Assembly: GCF_033153115.1 (NCBI RefSeq)
Contig: NW_026889758.1
Location: 53,816,001 to 53,880,000 of the forward strand
Direction of reading: 5' to 3'
From: Saccostrea echinata
Taxonomy: Eukaryota
Length of the DNA stretch: 64,000 bases
The notes under the pieces were generated by a model. It was given only the letters and a program-made list of their open reading frames with translations, did no database searches and had not been told where the DNA came from. A program made the translations under genes and the position numbers. This document shows positions 25,791 through 37,700 of this stretch, one piece after another; within the stretch, counting starts at the first letter, position 1, and every line of letters begins with the position of its first letter.

Positions 25791-28700
25791 TTTATCACTG
25801 TGGTCCTCCTAACTTATATCTAGTCTGGATACCCTCTGTAAGGAAAGATATAACTGGTGAAGGCTGGGTATTGATTTTTCTCTCCATTTTGTTATCTTAT
25901 AGACTGTTTATTACTTAGGGGTCATTGAAAATCAAGGTCACAGCCTTGAAATGATGTTTTCCTCAACAATCTTCAAATCCCTTGGTAAGCAATATAAAAC
26001 ATTACTTGTCTGTGTTTAAACAAAAAAAAATCACCAAAATAAAACACTGTCTACTGCTCTCCTTGAAAATATTTAAAGTTTAAAAAAAAGTTTTCTTCAG
26101 TCCAAAGCACAGTGATGTGCATGCATGGCAGTAAGAAAACTTGTATTACCAAGGAATAAATAAGAAGACCAAGGAATTAAACAATCCAAAGGGAGATTAA
26201 ATCATCTGCAAACATGTGCAATGAGTGTCTACAATGATGCACATACCTTTTATAAACTAAAGGACTCCTGTGTTTGAGGTTTTCCAATAATCCCAAATAG
26301 TCAATATATTAAAAGTTGTGCACTACACACACAAGCTACAAACAGAAGGAAGTTTTATGACAAAACCCTGTGAGTACACCAAATATTACATTTCCACTTA
26401 AAATGACAACAAATGTACAGGAAGATACACTGTAACACAACACAGATTAAGAATTAATACCTTGTACTGAGTCAAGGAAACTGTGTGACCAACTTTTTGG
26501 AAACCGGAATGAAATCTACTTTAAATTCTATAGCTTTTTTAAAGCTTGCTATTAAAAGTACAAACGCATGTCTCTTCACATGATGCAGGCATCATTTAAC
26601 ACAGAAACTGAAGTTATATAAAACTTTAAATTGCATGTGTATCCTACCTGATTATATGCTAATCAATTTTCTCCCTCTAAGTGTATGGCCATGAAGAATA
26701 AATTTTATGCCAATACCTAAAAGCACTAGCTGCCAATGGATCAAAAATTAGCGATAGAACTACTGCATCAGCATACTGCTCAAAACTCTTTCAATGGCAA
26801 ACAGGATTGAGTTAGGATCAGATAAATATTATGTTCACTGCCACACTAGGTCATATTCTCTCTAACTACGCACATGTTCAAGATTGTAAACAAGCACATT
26901 TTTTTATTGTGTGTGTGACCTATTATTGTGTGTGTTTGTGTTTACAGTTACTTATATTGCAAAGAATAACCTTCTGGTGTCACATGTGCTTAACCACACA
27001 TTATCATTATCAATGGCTGTAAACATGTTTAAAAATAACTTGTTTTTTTTTTTTTAATTTAATTAAGTACTTAAGTCTCTGTAAGGATATAAGAAAAACA
27101 TATTTTGTTGGGTTTTTTTTTTTTTTTTTTTTTTTTAGATTTTCAAGGATAAATTATTAGCATTGCATATCTGTACATTATTTTTTTTTTACATGCAGTA
27201 ATGATTATTTTTAAATTATAATAAAATCATAGAATTAAGTATTCTGTACTTCTATGGCTTTCAATACATGAGACATCAGTGTTTTAATCATGCATTGATC
27301 ATGTTCAACAGAAACCTTTGGACCCCTTGAACATGTAAACAGAATACATACCAATGTTGTATGTTAAATATTTTGCATATTTAAATATATTTCAATTTTA
27401 CAAAAAACATATGTATATGGTTTTGTACATGTATGTATTCATTCTGATTTACAATTTTATCTAACAAAATATCATTTCATCAGTAAATTGCATATTTCTG
27501 TCAAAATAATTTAATAAAGGTTGGAGCAAATTAAATGTACAAGGTTACTAGCTTATTTACTACACTGTAATAGGCTTTTCTTATACTTTGGATATACATT
27601 TAGTAACACCATGTACTATTACTAGTGTTGGGAATCGGTAAGAATTTCAGAATCAATGAGCGGGTTACTGTAACTAACTAATTATCAATTATAATTGAAC
27701 ATTTACAAAGTCTATCAATTTAGTTAATTAAATGGTAAGAATTGGTAAATGACTATACTTTCTGCATATGTATTTGTTGTTCATTTTGCTGAAAAAGAAT
27801 GAATCTGAGTGTTTTATTGAGTGTGTATCTGTTTTCTTAAATTTTTGTTCATACACTGTACAGATATAAACTATTTTTTCTACTATGGACAGTTCAACAG
27901 CTGGTCATTATTTTGTAGAACCCAAAGTACGTCCATACCTGGGAACGTGCTTTGTTACCCAGGTATGGATACAATTGTTTGTTCGTCTGCTCCATTACCT
28001 TACAATACACAAATGAGTTAATAGATAAGTTGCGGCTGGAATATTCGGCTTAAAAACTACTACGCTTGTAAAATAAAAAAATAAACAGATTAATCAGAAT
28101 GAATTTTTTTAATCAAGCACTTGGATTACACCAGCAATTGACTGATTTTCGATTATAATCGAGACTGGAATACCCCTATAATACACACTAAATTCTAACA
28201 AATAAGCTCAGTAAATCAACTAAAATTTCTTATTTGATTCTGTTGATGTAAATCATCTGATTGACTCATTAATAATTACAAAAAATTAGTTATTTTATAA
28301 TACTTTGATATACATTGTATACATATACCCTGGTATATATTTTTCTTTTATTAATATTACGATAAGTAATTTCCAGTGTGTCCAGAAAAGAATTTAAAGC
28401 AATATGAGCTGGAACTTTGAAGTGGCAAAATTGTAAATAACAATTTCAATGACAGAAAAAAGAACATTTATAAACTTCTGTTGTTCTTATTTGTGATGGA
28501 AGAACTATTTAGAGACTTTGATTGAAGCAAAATTACATTATTGTCGTCCTGTACAATATTGATTTCTTATATAATACTATACATTCCATTGTACAAAAAC
28601 CTTTCTTCTGAAAAAAATTAATACTTTCTTTAGTCTAATTGATCATAAAGGTTTAAATTAAATACATATTTATCAAAACAGCACATTTTAACAGCAAAAT

Positions 28701-29439
28701 AAAATTCTCAAAAATGCAGCTCATATTGCTTTAAAGTATTTGAGCATAACAGTTGTAATGTTCGGCTGTGTTGTATGTACATGTAATTAAGGTACTAACA
28801 CATTTCACGATTTGAATACAGTTCTACAAGCAGTATATTATTATTATTCATATTCATAATGTTATTATAACATTTTTGCAGCTAATATAAATTGTAACTG
28901 GACACACCACTATTAAAAACTAGCATCTGTACCTTTTTACATTGTTTAAGCAGGACAACTTCAAAATTATATGGTCAAAATTAAATTATGTACTTTTCCC
29001 CATTAATTCCTGGACAAATTCAATGAAATCTATTCCTAAATTTCTAAAGAAATCATGCAAAAGACAGAAGGACAACAAGGTTGATAATATTAAATACTGC
29101 TTCATTTCTGCTTACAACCCAATGTATTTGTTTAATAACCTATTAAATGTGTTATGATTTTGAAATGTAAATTTTTATTCATTCTACTTTCTATACATAT
29201 CAAGGCTTTTCAGTCAATCAAAGATTTTAATTTACTTGGATTTTCACTTCAGCAAAAACTTGCACATTTAATTGTCAGACTGACAATACCTGGTAGCATT
29301 GTTCTGAAAAGGATCTCTAAAGTTACATTTATTATATACAAATATGGTCAGCTGTGATCAAACCTGTTCAATGTTCACCTATATACAATTTGTAACAATA
29401 TACATGTAATCCTATTTTATTTTTATATGCACAAAATCA

Positions 29440-30481
29440 AACTAGAAATATATATGTCCATAGGACATGAATGCCCCGCCGAGGGTATATTAGTATTGCA
29501 ACATTAAAATTTGTATTAGTGTTTGAAATTTGATGAGAATATCTTGAATAGTTTCTTTAAAATTGAAGTCTACAAAGTTGGATATAGATGATAAATTCTC
29601 ACCAAATTATGTATAAGTGCGTAAGCTTACATAAATATATCTTAAATGGTTTCTTTAAAACTAAGCAAAATGCAAATTTATGAAAAGTGAGGTCAAGGTC
29701 ACAGGAAAGTTCAAGGTCAAACATTTTTGATGCAGTTGAACAGTTCTCACATATATATGTATCAGCATATTTAGTTTGATAAAAATATTTTGAATAGTTT
29801 ACTTAAAACTGAGCTAAACACTAATTTAAAATAAAGGTCAAAGGAAAGGTCTAGGTCAAAAAATGTTGATGCAGTTGAATAGCTCTCATCAGTATGTATC
29901 AGCATATGAAGTTTGATAATACTGTCCTGAATGGTTTCTTAAAAACTGAGCTTAACACTAATTTAAGAAAAGTGAGGTCAAGGTCAAAGGAAAGGTCAAG
30001 GTCAAAAAATGTTGATGCAGTTGAATAGATCTCATCAGTATGTATCAGCATATGAAGTTTGATAAAAATATCTTGAATAGTTTCTTTAAAACTGAGCTAA
30101 ACACTAATTTAAGAAAAGTGAGGTCAAGGTCAAAGGAAAGGTCAAGATCAAAATGTTGATGCAGTTGAATAGCTCTCATAAGTATGTATCAGCATATGTA
30201 GTTTGATTACACTATCTTGAATGGTGTCTATAAAACTGAGCTAAACACAAATTCAGGAAAAGTGAGGTCAAGTTCAGAGGAAAGGTCAAGATAAAAAAAA
30301 ATGTTGATGCAGTTGCATAGCTCTTATCAATATCTATCAGCATATGAAGTTTGATGAAAATATCTTGGATAGTTTCTTTGAAAATGAGCTTTGAACTGAG
30401 CTTAAAGCAAAGGAGGAAAGATGGGAAGATGGACATGACAAACACTATATGTCCCAGCCATATTCATGGTGGGCATAAAAA
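29440..30481 (-). mobile_element. Helentron/HINE-like element with ~120-bp tandem units, in the PC 5' UTR intron
   Basis: Repeated gaggtcaaggtcaaaggaaaggtcaaggtcaaaaaatgttgatgcagttgaatag...cagcatatgaagtttgat units. Ends actagaaatatatatgtccataggacatgaatgccccgcc and catggtgggcataaaa (hairpin plus subterminal IR, reverse orientation). Confidence 0.8.
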
Positions 30482-31436
30482 TTGGGCAGAGGAGTAGGGA
30501 TGCAAATAATTTCTGATCTCTTCTCATTCTGTCTATCTATAACTATAACCATGCTCACTGCATAAAAAAAAACATTAGGAAAACTTCCTTTTTTTGGCCC
30601 CAAATTAAGTTGCATTTGGATATGGTCAAAGTGACAGGGTTTGGAAATAAAAAAAATCTTGTTGAGTGCATAATGTTGTAATTCAGAAATTTATTTCATA
30701 CTGGGCACATTTTGCAGAGAGGAGGTGCCATATGATCTTGACTGATGGCGACAGACGGTGACTTTTTAAGAAAATTTTAAACAAAGAAATATTAGCTCAT
30801 ACTTGCCATAAGGCTATGTTATCTTTAGAAAATGCATCACAACTCTGAACTAACATTATCTGAACAATGTCAAGATTATTTTTTTACTCATTACAAACGG
30901 AGCCACTTTGAGCATTGCTGGTTTTCACACACACACACAACTGTAACAAATACATATTGTTTATCATTTTATCAGTACCATGACAACTAAAAATTAATGA
31001 GACATCCCTTTCTTTCCTAAGAATTTTTAAACCTCTATCCCAAATACTTCTATTTATCCATTTTGCCAATTTATATATTAAAAAAAAGTTAAATTATGCA
31101 ATTCATAATTTATGCAGAATTTTACAAAAATGGCTTAGAACTCATATCATTAATATGTTTAAGTGATTAATATGAGACTACTATTTTTCGTAAATTAAAG
31201 CTGTAGTTTAAACATTTTACCAATGTCTCTTTTAGGTACGAAGCGGTAATTAGACTCTCCAAGTGCACTTGATTATCACGCTGGATTTGCATGCATGGAA
31301 TACTTTTAGCTAAAATTAACTAGCTTTATTTTAAATAAAGATTTATGTTTTCATTTTCAAAATATCAATTAAGAAAGGACACTTATTGCTATGCAAAGTC
31401 AAATAAATTATGCAAAAGAGGATTTTTTTTTAGTTT

Positions 31437-31797
31437 ACCTCTTACGTGTGCGTCTGCAGATTATACAACCGGAAATTGATTGATGAAACTAGAATCGGAA
31501 ATACGAGCTCACCAATACGGAGCTTATCGGAGTTCTCTCAGTCTTAGTCTGTGCGTTAATTGTCTGATTGCTGACTTTATACAACAACATGATTTCTTTT
31601 TCTTTGTGAAAGATCATAGTTGCTATTTTTTTTATTGTGTTGTAGTAAGTTTTTAACCTGATTTCGCCAGAATTGCCTCTGGTGTTGTTTATTACCAAGC
31701 CGCAAACGCTGTGTTCATTTAGGTACATAACATACTATGTTATAACCACTCTGAAATTTATAAAAAGTTTGATTATTTCACTGTTAGTATATACAAA
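31437..31797. promoter_or_regulatory. Probable bidirectional promoter and first non-coding exons shared by PC (-) and TAF6L (+)
   Basis: Local CpG enrichment. Minus-strand donors at 31437-31438 (gtaaac) and 31444-31445 (gtaaga). ETS-like CCGGAAAT at 31469 and TCGGAAAT at 31495. TAF6L acceptor ctgttag at 31787, just before the ATG at 31798. Confidence 0.6.
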
Positions 31798-34700
31798 ATG
31801 GCTGAGGTAAAAGAGGAGAGGAAAACGTCTGTTTTTGATGACAAGAGATATACTGTCATCACCAGAGAGAGCATCAAGATCATGGCTGAGTCTGTTGGAT
31901 TCAGTGAACTTTGTGATGACGCAGCTGCTCTGCTTTGTGATGACGTTTCCTACAGGTTAAAAGAGGCTACACAGGTTAGTTATACAGAGATCTAAATAAT
32001 CATTTTAAAGTGAGAGATGACGGGGAAAAAGCATTGAATGGAAATTAAGGAATATCCCTTGCCCACACAATAGACTATAGTGATAGTTTTCAAGGATTTT
32101 ACAACAAGCAGCAACTAGATCTGAAGGTAAGTCTCGTACCATTACAGACTATGGGAGATCCTTGATTTGAGTCATATATTGTCTAGAGTTGGTGGACAGG
32201 TGCTCTGGTTCTTTCACTGGTGGCAGTTAGCTCAGTTCATAGAGCACCTAGCTGTTAGAGTTCAGGCCCCAGGGCCATAAAATTTAGATGAGCTCACTTT
32301 TGATCTCAGTCTCACTTTTCCACTAATAATTCCTTATGTAAAAGTGAGACTGGGATCAAAAATGAGTTCGTCTAAGTTTTATGGCCTTGGAGCCATAGGT
32401 TCAAATCCTGATCTGATATATTGCAAAGTCTCCTTTTTTGTTACATGATGGCCTATTATTTTCTGCAAGTGGCTGGTAAAGAACTGTCAGTGACATGAAT
32501 GTTGAACATGAGCTGCTGTCTTAATTCTTTAGGGGTGAAGACATTTATATGTGGTCATGCAGATCATTTGTCAATGGTCAGATAGATTTGTTGGTAAAGT
32601 TGAAGATCAGAGGGCCTTTTGAATCCAGGTGTGCTCTGTTCCATTATATGCCTTCCTTTTAAATATGTATGCCTTCATTCAAAACATTCTTTCAGTTAGC
32701 TAAAATATGCAGACAGTTTGGTGTCATGGAAGTCTATATCAATCATTATGGCTAATACCTTTGAAACTTGGACCCTATATGTAGTTTTGACCATAGTGAA
32801 AATTAATTAATGTGTACAAGTATACTTATGTACCTGCAGAGTCACTGAAAAGTTCAAACCAGACAAAATAAAACAAGTAAACTTCTATTGCTGTACATGT
32901 ACCCATAAAAAAATCATGTTCTGAAATCTATTAATTCAGATATTAATGTTTTTCATCACTGATCATCAAATGTCACAGACAGCAAACAGACTATGTTTCA
33001 TACCCATCATGTGTGGAGATATTTACAATATATCTAAGCATTCTGACTAATATTTGAAATGGAAATATTAATGACACATTTTAATGTATTTCAATTTGAA
33101 TTTTAAAAAGTGTGAGTTGCATGAGAATTTTTTTTTTAATCAATATTTTCATTTTCCAGAATTCTATTCAATATATGAAGCATGCCAGGAGGAAGAGATT
33201 GACAACAGAGGATTTCAACAAAGCTTTGAAAAGAAGTAGTGTGCAGGTACAGTCATATGGAGAACAGGCCCCAAGACCATAAACTGAGAACAGACTCAGT
33301 CAAAATTTAGATTTTTAATATCTTGAGTTTTGTTTAATGTATTTGCTTTTAAAAAAATTTGCAATTTCGTATAACATTTCAATTCCAACATATGATGAAA
33401 ATTTTGTTTCATTATCAAAATTATTTTGAAAATTATAATGGTTTTAAATTTTGACTTAAATCTGTTCTCAGTTTATGGTCTTGGGACCAGATTTCAAATT
33501 ATATGAACTGTCACATCTAAAGAATTCAAATTCATAGAAGCCATTCCGAAGTTTTAAAAATCGCTATTTTTTAGCCAATAAGTGGACACAGATGCCAGGA
33601 TGGGACAAGTTTTAGACCAACAAAAGAAGGAGAGATTTTTTTCACTGATGATGAGGAAATGGATCTTGGTGATGTAGGACTACAGGACTGTACTCCATGT
33701 GAACAAGGGGAAACCTCTATTAAAGGTATAGAATCCAGTTGTTCCAAAATTACATGATTTATGTATTGGAGCTTGTACTGGAAGCTACTTAAATATCCAC
33801 AAAATTTTGAATTTTTTAAATCTATTTTATCTGTTACAAATTTATGAAATGTTGAGAAAAGTATTCTGACAAATATAAATGCTTTATTCATATGTACATG
33901 TTGATAAAAATTACAAAGAATGTAGCTTTAGACATTGTTTTATTATCAGTGAAACACGTTACAAAAGAGTAATACAAAGCTCCATCCACAAAGTACCGGT
34001 AGTTTATGATGTGGGTGTGGTGTTATGTATGTACTACTGATAATTGTGAAGCATCTTTTATTGTTTCTTCTTTTTCTAGCTCAGTGGTTGGCTGTAGAGG
34101 GTGTTTCAAAATCTGCATCACATTCTCAAGGTTAGTAATTCAAATCAAATCACTGCCTATATTTTTACATTTTAACCTGAATATTTATACGACATATCAA
34201 CTATTAATCTTGATAAAAATTGAGAAATGAATTAAAGTCAAAATTGGATCCCACAAATTTGCAGATGATTTTCTTGAGGAGAGATCTAAGTTAACAAATG
34301 AGGCTTTCTATAGTTCGTTCCCACAGTGCTGCCTACACACTGGAATGCTACCTAATTCTTTTTTTTTTTTTTGTAATGAATAATTTTTGGACATACAGGA
34401 AAACATGTTAAGCAGGAAAACAATGATGTTCTGCAGAAATACTTTGATAGTATCACTAAGGCAGTGCTGGGGAGTAACCAGAAATTGATGAAGGTTAGTG
34501 TTTGTGTGAAGATTTTTATAACTATTCAAGCCTTAGATATATTATGCTCTATTTAAATGTAAATCAAATGTACCCAGTACTGTTAGAAAGTAAAAATGTA
34601 AATGAATATTTATATAAAAAAAAAAAATCACATGTATTTTTTAGGCGGCTCTTCAGGATCTACGTACAAATCCCAACATCACCTCATTACTGCCATGCTT

Positions 34701-37700
34701 TGTCAACTTCATCTCTGCAGGGGTTTGTAAACCTCAATATTTTTTTTAGAGAAATATCCAAATTTAGAAGAATTCACTTAAATGAAATTTTTCTGTAATT
34801 TTGACAATTTTTTAACAGAGGATGAGGATGAAAAAATGAAATTCAAGCCAAAATTTAGTATGGTATACAGGACTATTTTTGCCCCATCTTATTTTCACCC
34901 TATCACACTCGAAAATGATAATGCCTCATTTTAGATTCATCCAGACATAGTTGTTGTTTAAAGGGTTTCTGTTGTATATGTTTAAATTCTCCCTAATGAT
35001 GAAGGCAAAAGGGTTGAAATTAATAAAATTTCCCTGTATACAGTATATCAAATGGGACAAAATTTGAACCTAATAATTGTTGGCAAAGAAATTTTTAGAA
35101 CAGTATAATTATATAAGTGTTATCTTTCTAAGCACAGAGTTATTTCCTTTAAAATGACAGAACAGAACATTATAGCTCTGTACCATTCTGACCTTTATGT
35201 GAAAATTTGACCTATAGTTAATAAAATCCAATTGTGCCTTATGAACAGGTTAAGACTGTCAGCCATGATGTCTCTCAAATGACTCGACTGTTATACACGG
35301 TGAATGCACTGATCAGTAATTGCAATCTGTATCTTGAGCCTCAGCCTTATGTAAGTATTGCTTATATAGTAAAATATTTATTGAATTTATACTTTACAAG
35401 TTTTTTGTCAAAGTTCAAGTATAGCTGTAGAGTAAGATATCTTTGTCTGTCTGTCAGTCACATATTTGTCCTGCACAAAAGATAAAGCTTGTATAATTAG
35501 CTCACCTGAACCAGCTTTCCTGATCACCTGATGTCCATCGTCTGTCCTTCCATCCGTAGTCTGTCTGATAATTTTTCACATTTTCAAGTTCTTCTTAAGA
35601 ATCAGTGCACCAATTTCAACCAAACTTACCATAAAGCACCCTTGGGTAAAGGGGATCCAAGTTTATGAAAATAAAGGGTCATGAATATCCTCTTTACAAG
35701 AAAGATAATCAAGAAAAGATAAAAATAGAGTGAGTGTTTTAAAAACATCTCAAGAACTACTTGATGAGAAATTATGAAACATATGAGAAAACTTCCTGGG
35801 ATAGTGTAAATTCAAATTTGTTCAAATTGTGCCAGCTATGGGTAGGGTGGGACCACAATAGGTGATCAAAGATTAACATTTTGAATATATATGAATAAAT
35901 CTTTAAAAATCTTCTTCTCAAGAACAGCAAAGCCATGAATAGTCACATTAATATGAAGCATCCTCTTCACATTAGGAGGATGAAATTCTCTATTTATAAT
36001 GCTGACCTTGACCCAAAATTAACCTGATGGACTTGGGTGCTAAATCAGAAATGTACCTCAAAAATGCTGAAGTCGTAAGTGGTTATTAGAATATATTTTT
36101 TTAAATATTTAATATAAAATTGACCTTGACTAGAGGTGAACTTTACTTGAAAGGTATTCAAGTATAAATGATGCTACCTTTAATATATAAAAGCCATGCC
36201 TCATAAAGAAAGTTACTGGTATTGGGATTTGGAAAAAAAAACAAACAAAAAACTTCTAACAATGCTAATGATGCTAATGACATAAGGACTTGCCTTGGCA
36301 GCCTTTAGTATTAAGTACAGTGTATTTAAGAACTGACCTCTTCTTGACTTTGTCAGTACCTATGTATTTTTTTTTTAAATTTTAATTTAAAGAATACAGT
36401 TTATAAGTGATAATTTAATATTAGCACATATTTTCAATGATTGGGCCTTTGATATTTAAATTGTATCATTTAAATTGTTACATGACCTTTTATCAATACA
36501 GAAGTAATTAAATGCATGTGAGTGTACATTTAAGTACATGTATATTTATAATGTTCCTGACACAGGTGAAATGTTCATTGGAAGACTGATCTGTCTAGCC
36601 ATTTATGTTATGATTTTGAATGTTAGAAATTAAGAGCAATAAAAATATAATTAGTCATAAATCTATTTTTAAGTTTTAGGAAATATTTTCATATTACCAA
36701 TGTAGGTATATCACAACTTTGACATGTACTTTCTTTGCAGTTGAATCATTTGGTCCAGGGAGTCAGTTACTGCCTTTTGGAGTCATTAGCAGCCTCCATT
36801 AACCCGTCCAATGACCACTGGACATTAAGAGACTATGCAGCTAGGGTGTTGGCACAGATCGTTCAGTATGCTTCAGTGTTTGCTAATTTTCTAGTAGTGA
36901 TCTGTTTGAGCTATAAATAGTCCTAATATGTAAAATACATATGTAGAAGAAATTTATGCTCAGGAATGAAAAGTACATGTACCGTATATACTCGCCCATA
37001 AGTTGGTCCGTCTACAAGTCAGTTGTAATTTTTTAGCTTTGAGTGGAGGGATTTGCCATTTACCCGCCTATAAGTTGGTACAACAGAGTAAGTCACAAGT
37101 TATTGAACGATTTAGTTACGTAAATAATCTTAACAATATAAATAATACACATTTAAGATTGAAAAAAATTATCAAAATATGTAAATACTTGTGCACAATC
37201 TTAAAATGCATAAATGCATAGAATGTCCAGACTTTTGTCGACGATAATCTCGGGAGTTGTTAAAAAAAAATAGTACATTTCGCCGTCCAGAAAATACCAA
37301 TCTTTTTAGGACTCGCCTATAAGTCAGACATAGAGTTTGGGACCAAAATTTAACTCCCAAAAAAACGACTTATAGGTGAGTATATACAGTATATTATTCT
37401 TGAATAAATAACATCTCCATTGTCACTACTATTTAAAATTGTAATGAATCTAATGAAAAACAGTCTGTAACGTTTCTGACACACTTTTTATATTCATATG
37501 ACACTTGAGAATACTATTTTTATGCAGCACATGGTCAAGCCCTGTGAATCATCTGATGCACACCACCATAAGGAATCTGAAGGAGGTACTGTGTGACCAC
37601 GCAAAGCCTTTCTGTTGTCATTATGGAGCTGTGAAGGGTATACAAGCTTTAGGGCCACAGGTACACAAGGGGATCCAAGAGAAAAAAAAATAAAGACCCC

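Noticed and set aside
32222-32425. Possible tRNA gene
   Set aside because: Degenerate stems, interrupted by a MITE, with a second decayed copy nearby. It fits a SINE head.
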